DNA from: Octopus vulgaris
Lineage: Eukaryota
Reading direction: 5' to 3'
NCBI GenBank assembly: GCA_951406725.2
Contig: OX597818.1
Span: 33,790,001-33,854,000, forward strand
DNA: 64,000 nucleotides
Shown here one piece after another: positions 42,693-57,505 of this stretch. The first letter of the stretch is position 1. Each line of letters opens with the position of its first letter. The notes under the pieces are model-generated. The model was not told the DNA's origin and searched no databases. It saw only the letters and a list, made by a program, of their open reading frames with translations. A program made the position numbers and the translations under genes.

Positions 42693-42792
<100 letters not shown>

Positions 42793-43431
42793 CATATCAT
42801 TGATTTCTAAATATATTGGACTATATTTTCCAATGTTTCCTATCGTTATTTAATACAGTTCTAAGAGCTTTGAAAGGAATTGAACTTCAACTGCTATATT
42901 TAGTAGCTCAAGTGACTGCACAGAGGCTTCAATGGCGGGAAATAAACGTTTTGTTTTGGTGTATTGCAACCATTTACGATTGAGGCTCCAAGTGTTGACA
43001 GTCTTGTCCTTTGTATCTCAGAGTCTAATCTGTTCCTAAATTTTAAATTTTGACTGTTATTTTCAGCAAATTAAGCGCCCATATCTCTGCTCTCTGCAGT
43101 AAGAAAATTGTCTGCCAATGATCAATAGTCGCACATCTTCTTCCTTTGGTGTCATATACTTTGAATTTCGAATCTTCAGAGTAGGTGGCTGAACTCACAA
43201 CTAGTTCTTTACCTATTTCAGCGAAGTTATGACATTTGAAAAGATCTTTTATTCAGTGAGTTTAGAATAATATGCTGTATCCATGGCCCTTGCAGACCAC
43301 TGTAGATGTATGAAAAGTATGCCACAGACGTTACTTTTGAACCTTTGTGCGCTTCGATTAAATTATCTATCAGAAAGATACATACACCTTAACATCGTTA
43401 CGTGTGTTTGTGTGCGCTGATGCAAATGTAT

Positions 43432-45735
43432 GTTTTTTATTTATTTATTTATTTTTATTTATCTAGTTTCAGCTCACTAGATGTGGCCATGCTGGGGCAC
43501 CGCCATTTGGTGTTGCTACATGATTTTACTTCACGAATGCTTTTTAGCAATTGCCATTTGGTGCATGAGAGAGTTCGATGCAGCTGCCCTCATCTGCACC
43601 TCCTGCTGTGAAGTTGGTTCATTTGGGATACCTGACAAGAAGAGATCCAGTTTTTATTTTAAAGACATCTGCATCCACCCCATACAGGTCTCTTAGGTTC
43701 TTCGGGAGGATATTGAAGAGCTGTGGGCCTCGGAAGCCCAGGCTATCACAGTATCTTGTCCTACATCTTGATGGCAAATTTGGAGTCCTTGGCACTATGC
43801 AGTGGCGCCCAGTTCTGGCATTTGTGTAACTCTCGATGCGAAAGTTTGGGACAAGTCCTTCTTCCAGATGTATATTATGGCATATCTTTCTCGCCTACGT
43901 TCTAAGGAATAGAGTCTCAATCTCTTGAGTCTTTCCCAATAGCTTATATGCTGCACAGAGGCTATCTTCTTCGTGTAGCTTCGTTGGATCGCCTTAAGTT
44001 CTGTGATTAACTTGACACTGGATGGTGACCATAGCTGAGAGTAATAGTCAAAGTGGCTTAGAACAAGTGTCCTCCAGAGGACCATCATGGTTTCCTGGTC
44101 TCTTGTTCTGAAGGTTCTAAGAATCCATCCGGTCAGCCGCCTACATTTCATTGCCAATTTAGCAACATGCACATGAAAGGTTGCATCATCACTCATGTAA
44201 ATACCCAGGTCTCGCACTGATTGTGCCTCTGGGATTGCAGTCCCTCCAGGTCCAGTGTATTTATTGGGTATTGAATTTAGTTTTGCGTGCTGATAGCATA
44301 GAGCTTGAAACTTTTCAGCATTGAACTGCATGCAATTCTTTTCAGCCCACTTGTATATTTTGTCCAGCTCACATTGCAGGTGCTTAGTGTCTTCAGGGTT
44401 CTGTATTGCCTGTGAAACTTTTGTATCATCTGCATAACTTGTGATCGTGGCTCTCTGCGTGGCTGAGGGCATGTCTGAGAGGGCCATTATGAACAGTAGT
44501 GGTCCCAGAACAGTGCCCTGCGGAACACCGCTCACTATTTGTGTGTTAATGGAGGTGGCCCCATTGGCTACTACCACCTGACTTCTATCCTTCAGAAAGT
44601 CATGAAGCCATTCTCCCAATTTTCCAACTATGCCAAGATCACGCAGTTTGTGACATAGCATTCCATGATCGACTTTATCAAAGGCCTTTGCAAAGTCGAG
44701 ATATATGACTCCCACATTTGAGTGTTTGAGCAGTCGTTTCAGCACCCAGTCATAGTGTTGTAGGAGCTGAGTTAAGCAGCTTCTTCCTGGTCGGAAACCA
44801 TGTTGAGTGTCAGGCAGCAAGTCATTTTCTTCAAGGAAGGTGATTAGTTTCCTTCTGACTATTCGTTCCATGACCTTGCTGATGTGTGAGGTCAGAGAGA
44901 TAGGTCTGTAGTTCTTGGCCTCCGCTCTGCAACCTCCTTTATGAATAGGGCATATTTTACCCTCTTTCAGTTTTCTTGGAAGTTTGCCAGTTGCAAGGAA
45001 GCTCTGAAAGAGGAACTGCAGTTGTCTTGCTAGGACTCTCTTACATACTTTTAGAAGGATTTCTGGGAATCCATCTGGGCCAGTAGCTGAGTTTGTTTTC
45101 ATTTCATCAATAGCCGTTATTACATCGTCTTCCTTTCTATTGATGTAATCAATCATTGCTGCTTCCGATTTTATATCTGCAGTGGTAAAGAAGTCAGTTG
45201 GATTGCTGACTTGAAAATACCCTAGGAGTGGCGTGAAAATACTCTTGAATTGCTCGTTTAGTATTTCACTTACCCTCATTGGATTTCCTGTGAGTCTGCC
45301 ATCCTTTTCAAGGAGTGGCCATATCCTACAGTGCACCGTAGCTGTTTCTTTGGCATACCTGTAGAAAGCTCTGGGGTTAGATTTTATGTTGTCTATAGCC
45401 CAGGCTTCTTTGTCTGCTCTTTCTTTTTCATGGGAGAGTTGCAGACATTTTTCAATTTCCAACAGTTTTATTTTCAGGCGGGACTTTTCACTACTTTCAA
45501 TTTGTTTGTTTAGGCGATTTGAAACTTTTGTACGCCATCTCATTAGAATTTTCCTCTCTCTGGGGATTTTGCTCTTGTGTACAGTAGCCTTTCTCTCTGG
45601 GACACATATGTAGCATATGACTTGCATTACAGACATGAATTGTTGAAGTTTCATGTCGATGTCTGGTGAGGATAGACATTCAGGCCAGTTTTGTTTGAGG
45701 ATCTCTTTCTCAATTTGTTTCCAGTGTGTCTCATA
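43432..45735 (-). mobile_element. 5'-truncated CR1-clade LINE with reverse transcriptase domain, 3' UTR and (TAAA)n tail
   Basis: ORF 43795-45819 has GPDG, NYRPISLTS, QHGFRPGRSC, YLDFAKAFDKV, GVPQGTVLGP and YADD motifs; frameshift near 43860; no APE domain. Confidence 0.92.
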
Positions 45736-46059
45736 TATTTTATATGCGTACACAGGATATGACAGACTTCTTGCGTTTTTTTTTCTTCTGCAAGGTGTGC
45801 TGACGTTAATAGTGATCAACTAAACTACTTTACTGGTAACAGGAAATGGAGTTTGAAATTTGGACGCCCGGATGAGAATCAGATATTGCAAGACATATTT
45901 CCGACTCTCTAACACTCTGCAAATTCAGCACTTTAGATTAATACTTTATTTATCGACCCCAAAATCAGGAATGGCAAAGCTGATCTGGGCACCTTTTGAT
46001 TAAAAACAAACATTACTGAGTCATGCTTGTGAATGCCATTTCATTATATATACGAGCGA

Positions 46060-46263
46060 GTGATGAAAAATTACTGGGGTTAAGGGTAACGTGAAAGGTC
46101 TGGTTGGAGGCCCAGACTTCTGAGTTATTTTGCAAGCAAAGCTGAAGGGCCGCTGTAATAAATGTGTATATCTGAGAGAGGAATATGCTGAAAAAAATCA
46201 TAATTAACTGATCTTCCTGTATTTTTTAAACCCAAAGGTACGAACGTTTTAGCACACCCTCGT
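46060..46263 (+). mobile_element. Mariner-derived MITE
   Basis: Homologous to 17960-18172 in the opposite orientation; ends TTTTAGCACACCCTCGTA. Confidence 0.7.
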
Positions 46264-46701
46264 ATGTTCATGCAGTATATAATATTGAAATCATGACTGG
46301 AAAGGAGGCACTATGAGGTGGATCAAAATGTAAGAAATAGCAGTTAAATCATACTCAATCCACGTAGTACCGTCTGAAATAAAATGAAATAATATGGATA
46401 AAATATGATGATCACAGCTGGAATCTCTTTGAAAATAGACATTCGATCAAGGCTTACTTGGAGCTAAGCAACAATAAAAAATTACTCATAGGGATTTGAA
46501 ATGATATGATATGGGAATGAAAACCAATTTCAATTACTTCCCTTCTAGTCAGTGGATTTCATTTTTTTCAAACGCTAGCAATTTATCATGCGTAATGTGA
46601 GAATACGGAAAAGAAAGGTAGATGATTTGTTGCATCTTTCGACATGTATATGTGGAGAAAAACTATATGTGTGTATATATATATATATATGTGTGTGTAT
46701 G

Positions 46702-46760
<59 letters not shown>

Positions 46761-46807
46761 GTACATATATGTATACATATATATATATGTACATATATGT
46801 ATACATG

Positions 46808-46840
<33 letters not shown>

Positions 46841-47025
46841 GTATATATATGTATATATATATATACACATATATATATACATGTATACATATATGTATGT
46901 ATGCATGCATGCATGTATGTATGTACGTACGTATGTATGTATGTACGTATGTATGTTTATTTGTTTGTGTCTATATATATATACATGAATGAATGAATGC
47001 ATGTTAAAACACACACATACCCAAA

Positions 47026-47078
<53 letters not shown>

Positions 47079-48050
47079 ACATGTACGTATTTACATATGG
47101 TTCATGTAGGTATGTTTATTTATTTTTCTTTTATTTTGCTTCAGATTTGTTCATAAAATGTCTAACATCCTTTATATTAAGATGTTAGCGGTATAAAAAT
47201 ATTGTTGTTTTCGTTCATTTTAACTTTATTTCCTGAAGTTAGTTAATATGAACTTTGCAAATACGGCTTTTTGTGTAATGACGAAATATACAGGTGGTAA
47301 TGGCGTCGTAGTACAATACGGAATTCTCGGAAGAAGCTAATACACATGTTGTAATGTGATGGAAGGTGAACCGGAAGTTGACGTGATGGGAAGCTTTCAA
47401 GTGGAGATGAGTTGACAGCAACAAGCATGTTCTGTAAAATTAAGACTGATACAGGAACAGTAGAGAAAACACATAAAACAGAGAGCTAGAGAAAGTGGGA
47501 GAGAGAGAGAAAGAGAAAGAGTGATATTATGATAGACCGTGTTTAGAAGATTTACAGTGAAGATAGGTTTATTGATCAGGCAGATGGCTTTATTCTAGAA
47601 TTCGTTGAGAAGGTTATTGAAGGAGATGCAACATGCCAAGTATTAAAAAGTGTATTAACGCATTGAAAAGGATTAGCAGTGTACAAAATTGACGAGTACA
47701 GTAATAACAAATCTAAAAACATAATCCTAGTCTAAGCGAAAGCGAAATAGATAATTCTAAAGCCTTTTATTAGCTACATAGATGCAGAAGAAAATTATTA
47801 TTATCTCGTGTATATCTAATAACTTTAGCAATATTACATTAGCAATTGTGTTTCTCTGTTGTTATTAAACTCTGGATATTTACATTATCACATATATGTG
47901 ACTGAACTACGGCCTCACAGGTCATGAATTCATTTCGTTAAGTCTCAGTCGCAAACTCTTTAATTCTACATTATAATTTTTGCACGGACAGAGTCAAATG
48001 ACTGAAGCCAGTAAAAGAATAAAAGAACATATATATATATGTATATATAT

Positions 48051-48094
<44 letters not shown>

Positions 48095-48096
<2 letters not shown>

Positions 48097-48327
48097 AATA
48101 AAGTCAAGGTTGAAAATGCTAAAATAATTTTATAAATAACATTTCAGTACCGCTTTCAGTCATTAAGACTTTTTCAACTCTAAGTATGTAAAACAATTAA
48201 ATTTTGGAAAAAATAGAAGAAAAGTGTTTTAAAAGACTATATGCATAGTATTTAAATACAAGGGTCATTTTTCTTGCTTCTGCCTGTCTCTGTCTCTCTT
48301 ATTTACTCTTGTGGATTCGAGTTCGTT

Positions 48328-48330
<3 letters not shown>
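48095..48330 (-). mobile_element. (TA)n-flanked PLE-like element with a U3-A8 hammerhead at 48145-48180
   Basis: Minus strand GAG-TTGAAAA-AGTC-TTAAT-GACT-GAAAG-CG-GTA-CTG; flanks homologous to 55028-55349. Confidence 0.7.
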
Positions 48331-48365
<35 letters not shown>

Positions 48366-48368
48366 TAT

Positions 48369-48408
<40 letters not shown>

Positions 48409-48431
48409 TACAGCTATAGATATATTATATG

Positions 48432-48489
<58 letters not shown>

Positions 48490-48493
<4 letters not shown>

Positions 48494-48830
48494 CAGTTTT
48501 ATTTTTATAACGTGCTTTCACTTCACTACCGAGCGCAGCTCTGTGTGCCTTAGGTATGTGCTGTGATTTGTTGTGATGCTCTGATGGTTATTGTATGGAA
48601 AGTGTTCTGCGTAGGATGTGTGCAGTGCCTAGTAGTGCAATTTTCTGTATGTTATATGTGTTTGTAAGTCCTGGTGTTTTTGTTATGTATTTGTCTGAAT
48701 ATTTTTTTATCATGCCTAAAGCACCTACTATGATAGGAATTGTTTCTGTTTTTAGATTCCACATTCTGGTTACCTCTATTTCCAGGTCTTTGTATTTTGA
48801 GAGTTTTTCCATTTCTTTTAGAGACACGTT
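48490..48830 (-). mobile_element. Short 3' fragment of an R4/Dong-type LINE in (TTA)n
   Basis: Near-identical to the 3' end of 48905-50058 (EKLSKYKDL..GTAHILRRTL). Confidence 0.88.
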
Positions 48831-48904
48831 GTTAGTCCCTCCCCACCCCGTCAAATATCATGCCTTGTGCCTACAGCAGATAAAATAACTATTATTATTA
48901 TTAT

Positions 48905-50058
48905 TCAGTAGTTTTATTTTTATAGCGTGCTTTCACTTCACTACCGAGCGCAGCTCTGTGTGCCTTGGGTATGTGCTGTGATTTGTTGTGATGCTCTGAT
49001 GGTTATTGTATGGAAAGTGTTCTGCGTAGGATGTGTGCAGTGCCTAGTAGTGCAATTTTCTGTATGTTATATGTGTTTGTAAGTCCTGGTGTTTTTGTTA
49101 TGTATTTGTCTGAATATTTTTTTATCATGCCTAATGCACCTACTATGATAGGAATTGTTTCTGTTTTCAGGTTCCACATTCTAGTTACCTCTATTTCCAG
49201 GTCTTTGTATTTTGAGAGTTTCTCCATTTCTTTTAGAGACACGTTGTCATCTGCCGGTATTGATACATCAATTAGAAAGCATTTTTTTTCTTCATGATCT
49301 CTGACAACTATATCTGGTCTGTTGGCCTTAATTTCTCTATCTGTGTGTATCGGCATATCCCAGAGTATGGTTGCTTTCTCGTTTTCTGTGACCTTTTCTG
49401 GTGTGTGCCTATACCATCTTTTTTCTGTTGTTATTCCATAATGTTGGCATAGCTTCCAGTGTATGTAGGTTCCAACTCTGTCATGTCTGTGAATATATTC
49501 CTTCTTAGCCAGGACTGGGCAGCTAGAGATAATATGATTTATTGCTTCTTGTCCATCTCCACATATTCTGCAGTTACTTGTAATATTTCTTTTCATTACA
49601 TGTTTTTGGTAATTTCTGGTGGGGAGGCTTTGGTCTTGTGCTGCAATTAAAAATCCCTCTGTTTCTGCTTTGAGTCCTGAGCTTCTCAACCATTGCTGGG
49701 ATTTTTCTTTGTCTATTTCTTTTGCGTTTAGTTTAGTGCAGTATTTACCATGAAGGGGCTTTTCTTGCCATCGTTTTATCATGGCTCGTTGCTGTTCTAT
49801 TTTTAGTTTGGATTTCATTTGTTTTATAGCTTTTGTTGTTTCTTCATCATCTTCTTCTTCTTCTTTGTGTTTATTAGGTGGTATGATTTCTTGTTTGTAT
49901 TTGTCAGCTTCCTTAAATACTGAGAACAGTTTTTTTGTTTTGCTCGTGTTTTGCTGCTATCTGGATCAGTTTTCCTTCCTTCTGAAGTAGGTATTTTTGC
50001 AGTCCTATGGTGGTTATTTTATAGTAGTTTTCCAGCTGTATAAGGCCTCTACCACCTT
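48905..50058 (-). mobile_element. 5'-truncated R4/Dong-type non-LTR retrotransposon (CCHC knuckle and restriction-like endonuclease)
   Basis: ORF 49003-49818 has CRICG..EAINHIISSC, RHD, RPDIVV..LIDVSIP and EKLSKY; (TTA)n at both ends. Confidence 0.92.
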
Positions 50059-50096
50059 ATTATTATTATTATTATTGTTATTATTATTATTATTAT

Positions 50097-50488
50097 TCTA
50101 TGTTTGACTTTTGCTTTATATTTGTACAAGTTGGCTCCAAGTCTCACCCAGAGACCTCAAGAGACAACAGGGTTGGATTTCATGTTGTTGTTATGCCTAG
50201 TGTGCCATATATTTGGGAGGTGGGGATGTTGTACTAATGAATGTTTAAAAAAAAAAAAAAAAGGTTTTTTTTTTTTTTTTTTTTTTTTAAACCGAAAATT
50301 ATGTTTGTTTTAAACCTTGAGGTTACATAGAGAGTATTTTGCGTAGGATATGAGCAGTTCCCATGAGCACTATCTTTTGAACTTCTGCCATTTTTGGGTT
50401 TCCTGGTATCTGAGTTAGGTAGCTATCTGCCCCTTTTGCTATCATTCCCAGGGCACCTATGACAACAGGTATTGTTTTAGTCTTCAGC
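50097..50488 (-). mobile_element. 3' fragment of a second R4/Dong-type subfamily in (TTA)n
   Basis: Minus-strand peptide KTKTIPVVIGALGMIAKGADSYL.QIPG.P...EVQKIVLMGTAHILRKILSM followed by a different 3' UTR. Confidence 0.8.
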
Positions 50489-50542
<54 letters not shown>

Positions 50543-50544
50543 CT

Positions 50545-50917
50545 TTTACTCTTTTACTTGTTTCAGTTATTTGACTGCTGCCATGCTGAAGCACCGCCTT
50601 TAGTCGAGCAAATCGACCACAGGACTGACTCTTTGTAAGCCTAGTACTTATTCTATCGGACCCTTTTGCCGAACTGCTAAGTTACGGGGACGTTAAATAC
50701 ACCAGCATCGGTTGTCAAGAGATGTTGGGTGCACAAACACAGACACACAAATATATATGTATACATATACGACGGGCTTCTTTTAGTTTCCGTCCACCAA
50801 ATCCACTCACAGAGCTTTGGTCGGACCGAGGCTATAGTAGATGACACTTACCCAAGGTGCCACGCAGTGGAACTGAACCCAGAATCATGTGGTTAGTAAG
50901 CAAGCTACTTACCACTT
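50545..50917 (-). mobile_element. SINE family B in (TTA)n
   Basis: Reverse-complement match to family B. Confidence 0.88.
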
Positions 50918-51383
50918 ATTATTATTATTATCTGAGCATGCATACTCCTATGCATGTACATATACCCATATTCATATAAGTATGTGTGTGTGTGTGTGTG
51001 TGTTAATAATAGTCTTGCAGAATTTCTTGCGTAATTAAGTAATTAATTAAGCATTTATCAGACGAATTACTCAGCCATCCCAGGTAAGGATGGTGTTTTT
51101 GAAAATTCACATCGTCCGCTAGTCTCGTAAGTTGCCTGACAAGTACTTGATTAATTGCTTAATTGCTTAAATGAGCAGCAAACTGTTATAGAGCGAGACA
51201 GGCACTCGGACGGACAGACAGACAGACAACAGACAGGTGAAGAAGACACAGTCAGACAGACAAACAGACATACAGACAGACAAGTAGAAAGAAAGAGAGA
51301 TGGGTAGTTGGTGGGATGTATGTGTTGGTGGATGAATGCATTGATCGATCGATCGCGGGCTTGCTCGCTCGCTCCGTCGCTTG

Positions 51384-51498
<115 letters not shown>

Positions 51499-51522
51499 TA
51501 GACAGGCAGACAGACAAACAGG

Positions 51523-51607
<85 letters not shown>

Positions 51608-51926
51608 CATTTCCAGGAAAACAAGGGACAAATGAATTAACAACCAGTGGTCTAAACAACTTTCTATTTGTTGGGTTAAATTCAATTTCAATTTCAAATG
51701 AATGAACCTGAGCTACATTATTAACCATTGATGTTTTTTTCTTTTTCAATTTTTTTAACGTTTCTTTCTTCATTTTCTCCATTGGTCTGCGGCTATGCTG
51801 GAGCTCTGCCTTTAACGGTTTTAGATCCTTGCAGCCGCCTCAATACTTCTATGAATTACTTATTTAAAGTAGAAAATAGAAATTAAATGCGCTGCGTAAG
51901 AAGACGAACTTTTGTAAATAGCAACA

Positions 51927-51980
51927 AAATTGAAAAAGTCTTAATGACTGAAAGCGGTACTGAAATGTTATTTATAAAAT
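51927..51980 (+). ncRNA. U3-A8 hammerhead remnant lacking the 5' strand of stem I
   Basis: TTGAAAA-AGTC-TTAAT-GACT-GAAAG-CG-GTA-CTG, same core as 48145-48180. Confidence 0.55.
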
Positions 51981-52822
51981 CCCATGCTGCTATCTTAAAA
52001 CAAAGCACGATAATTTTGATATGGAAATCCCAGCCATTAGAAACGATAACAAAGCTACAAAGGTGATAAGTCTGTACAGAATATAAAGACACTTATGCTG
52101 CACAGACGTGAAATATTCAAAGTATGGAACGAAAAGAAATATGGGATCACATTGTAAACAAGTTTAAAACAACAGAATTCTAATATAATTTACGGATAGA
52201 TTTTATGAAGTATTGTATTTCAACGATTCAGAAGACATGAGCATCACTTGCTCACCGTAATGCACGGACATCTAGCGGAAGATTTTCTAACAATACAAAA
52301 TGAAAATACGCAGAAAATGTCTCAGGAATATGCATACTCCCATCAAGAAAAGCACAGTTTATACGTTTCAATAAATATCTACTTTAATTAATGTTTCATT
52401 TTAACGTACATTTTGTTATTTATCTATGAGTAAATTGATCGTTATGTAAATGCTTAATTCTTCGAAATACATATAGTATAACACCTTTCATCCCTCCTTT
52501 CTCTTTTGTATAATATCTCCCTCTTGAATTACAAGTATATGAAAGCTCATTGTTTACGTTTCATTGCGTATTTTCTGTATGTCCACCAGATTTTAAATCT
52601 AATAATGAATAGTTTGTTACGAAATTAAGGACGGCGAACTGGAAGAATCTTTAGCGTGTCGTACAAAATAACGTGTGCTATTTATTCCGGGTAGTTACTT
52701 TCGGTGGAAATCCCACCGAGGTCAACTAGGAATTCCATCCTTTCGGAGAAGTGACTCTTGCTTATGCTTTTTCCATATGCTTTGCTTATGCTTGTAGGTA
52801 TTTCATTTATTTCTTATAGTAT

Positions 52823-52881
52823 TCTCTACTGAAGAAGGGAAAATCCGTGGGATTAATCCCGAAATTGGTTCAATATAGAGA
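52823..52881 (+). ncRNA. Type I hammerhead ribozyme in a PLE-like element (about 52750-53045)
   Basis: TCTCTA-CTGAAGA-A-GGGA-AAATCC-GTG-GGATT-AA-TCCC-GAA-ATTG-GTT-CAAT-A-TAGAGA: 6-bp stem I, 4-bp stem III, AUA triplet. Confidence 0.85.
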
Positions 52882-53107
52882 TAACGAATTTAAAAAAAAA
52901 AATTTGTTAGCTTGCCTTCCTCAGTTTCAGCACGACGTGTATTCATACTGAATGTATATTGTAATGTGGTGATTCACGATTTAAAATCTATTCTCAGCAT
53001 TTTGGCATAGAAATCTTTTTTCTTTTGCTCTTCTTTATAATTATGTATAAATGTACATAGGTATGTATATATATAAATATATGTTTGCGTATATACAGGA
53101 GCAGGGA

Positions 53108-53427
53108 GATCTCCGTCGGTTACGACGACGAGGGTCCCAGCTGATACGATCAACGAAACAGCTTGCTCGTGAAATTAACGTGAAGTGGCTGAGCACTCCA
53201 CAGACACGTGTGCCCCTAACGTAGTTCTCAGGGAGATTCAGCCTAACACAGAGTGTGACAAGGCTGGCCCTTTGAAATACAGACACTACTCATTTTTGCC
53301 AGTTGAGTGGGTTGTAGCAACATGAAATAAAGTGTCTTGCTCAAGGACACAACACGTCGCCGGGAATTGAACTCACGGTCTTACGATCGCGAGCCGAATG
53401 CCCTAGCCACTAAGTCACGCGGCCTTA
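53108..53427 (-). mobile_element. tRNA-derived CORE-like SINE family C
   Basis: Minus strand has GTGACTTAGTGGCTAGGG, GAGTTCAATTCCC and TGTGTCCTTGAGCAAGACACTT. Confidence 0.88.
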
Positions 53428-53530
53428 CTGTATATATATAAATACATGTATGTATATGTATATAATTATATATAGTTATGTGTGTGTATATATATATATA
53501 CACACAGATGTACATTTACAGGTATATATA

Positions 53531-53564
<34 letters not shown>

Positions 53565-54645
53565 CATGCATGTATGTATGTATTTTTATCTCCCTCTTTC
53601 TTTATAAGTATACATATATATATTTACATATTAAGACTTACATATATTCATACATTCAGGAGAGACGTTCATAGTGATGAAAGAAATAGTTCTTTTTTGT
53701 CCCTCGCCCTTAATATGTCACTTTTACAAGCATGACGTCGCTAGTTAGCTGGATTGCTTTCTTATGGTGGAACATGCTTCGAAAATATGAGGCAGACTCA
53801 AATGGAAAGAGAGCGAAAGAAAGAGGTCTCGTGGAGTTGAAATAGGGAATGTGGCTTGAAGGCTGGGTGTGCATGCAGAATGAGATTAGTATGATGTGTT
53901 GAGTGCGTGTAGTGCAGAATTAGAAGCAAACCCGGCAGCATTAATTAATTAATTATAAATTCTTAATGGATACTTTCACCCAGAAATATTTTCTTTTCCG
54001 TCGGATTTCAGATATGTTCTATGAATCACACTTTCTTCTATTATTTTAAATATTCTCCTAATTTTATTTGAATATACATCCATTTATCACACCCACACAC
54101 GCACACCCTTGCACTCATACACACACATACATATACCACATACACATACACACATGTATATATATATATATATGGAGGGGTGCAATGGTCGGTCACGGTG
54201 ATTAGGGCAGCGGACTTGGAATCGTAGGATCGCAGTTTCGATTCCCGGACCGGGCGTTGTGAGTGTTTATTGAGCGAAAGCACCTAAAGCTTCACGATGC
54301 TCCGGTAGAGGGTGGTGGTGATCCCTATTTCTTTACTACCCACAAGGGGCTAAACACAGAGGGGACAAACAAGAAGAGACAAACAGATTAAGTCGATTAC
54401 ATCGACCCCCAGTGCGTAACTGGTACTTAATTTATTACATATGCATGGTTGTATAAATGTTCTAAAATCTACACAGCCTTGGGTTTTTTATCTCATTACG
54501 GAAATTATTTTTTTTATATACACACGCTTATATATGACCTACGTTGGACCCCTTATTCGCACAATCACCGAACCTGGAAATTAACTATGATCTATCCATA
54601 GCACTTATTCAGCATTACCTGACACCTTTGGGTCTCGATGATACC

Positions 54646-54877
54646 TATTTCTTTATTACCCACAAGGGGCTAAACACAGAGGGGACAAACAAGGACAGAC
54701 ATAGGTATTAAGTCGATTACATCGACCCCAGTGCGTAACTGGTACTTAATTTATCGACCCCGAAAGGATGAAAGGCAAAGTCGACCTCGGCGGAATTTGA
54801 ACTCACAACGTAACGACAGACGAAATACGGCTACGCATTTCGCCCGGCGTGCTAACGTTTCTGCCAGCTCGCCGCCT
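54646..54877 (-). mobile_element. Full-length SINE family A
   Basis: Reverse-complement match to 19825-20056; an additional partial copy at 54325-54437. Confidence 0.9.
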
Positions 54878-55027
54878 ATCTGCCAGCTCGCCGCCTACCA
54901 CTATCTCTCATATCACTATATCTCGCTGATACCACTATCTCTCATAACACACATAAGCATATATATATAGATATATGTGTGTATAAGGATGAAAAGGAAC
55001 ACACGAGTTCATATATATGAAAAAACA

Positions 55028-55445
<418 letters not shown>

Positions 55446-55463
55446 ATATATATATATGTATAT

Positions 55464-55497
<34 letters not shown>

Positions 55498-55502
55498 GTA
55501 TG

Positions 55503-56011
<509 letters not shown>

Positions 56012-56746
56012 ATATTTTATTTATATATATATATTTATTTATATATATATACTTATATGTGATAGTGTATATTCTCATAAACACATCAAAAACATATGTG
56101 AGTGCTACGTTTATGCCGGGAAAGGTGGATGGAATGAATGGATTAGTGGAAAGACGGATGGATGGTTCGTATAGACAGATGGTTGGAGGGGTATATGCAT
56201 TAAAGATGGTTGCATAAACAGACGAATAGCAAAAAAATAAGAAAGACAACAGAAAAGGATAAAAACAACCTCAGAAAAGAAAACAAAAATAAAGCATAAA
56301 ACCAAGTATAATCGTCTAAGTAGGCATTTCAGTATCAATGATAAAGATGCGGTAATAACCTCCAATAAGCTGCCAATATCTTCATGAAGAATCAAAGCAA
56401 AAAAACATATGTATCAACAATAAGCACTGAAATAGGTAAATAACACAACCCATAATGTGAATGTTCATAGAAGACTTGAAGCTAATGGAGTGTTGATTGT
56501 GCCGTTTACCAAATTCTCAATTTACTAAAGAACTAAGTAGTGTTTCCATTAAGATAATAAAGATGCAATTATTTTTTATTTGGTTTATATTAAAGAGCAA
56601 TTTTGTCTCGTTCGACGTAACGCTTTGTTGAATACGTGCTGCATGTGTTGTGTTACACGTGCGTATATTCTTGCATGTGTATATTGTACGTCAGTCTGAT
56701 TTTATAACTGTGTTCCTAAATGTATGAATACATGTGTCTTAATATG

Positions 56747-56799
<53 letters not shown>

Positions 56800-56847
56800 G
56801 TGTGTGTGTGTGTGTATAAAGAAAGAGGGAGATAAAAAATACATACT

Positions 56848-57065
<218 letters not shown>

Positions 57066-57159
57066 CCTGTAAATGTATATCCGTATATATATATATACAA
57101 ACACACACATAAATATATATAATTATATACATATACATACATGTATTTATATATACAGT

Positions 57160-57480
57160 AAAGCCACGTGGCTTAGTGGCTAGGGCATTCGGCTCGCGAT
57201 CGTAAGGCAATCAGTTCAATTCCCGGCGACGCGTTGTGTCCTTGAGCAAGACACTTTATTTCACGTTGCTCCAGCCCACTCAGCTGGCGAAAATGAGTAG
57301 AACGTGTATTTCAATGGGCCAGCCTTCTCACACTCTATGTCACGCTGAATCTCCCTGAGAACTACATTTACACTACACGTGTCTGTGGAGTGCTCAACCA
57401 CTTGCACGTTAATTTCACTAGCAAGCTGTTTCGTTGATCGTATCAGCTGGGACTCTCGTCCTCGTAACCGACGGAGTTCT
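57160..57480 (+). mobile_element. SINE family C, part of an inverted duplication of 53087-53650
   Basis: Match to 53108-53427 including flanks. Confidence 0.88.
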
Positions 57481-57505
57481 CCCCGCTCCTGTATATACGC
57501 ACACA

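Noticed and set aside
47239-47435. Possible minus-strand terminal exon and ETS/CRE-like CCGGAAGTTGACGT motif
   Set aside because: The peptide is unrecognisable and there is no independent support.
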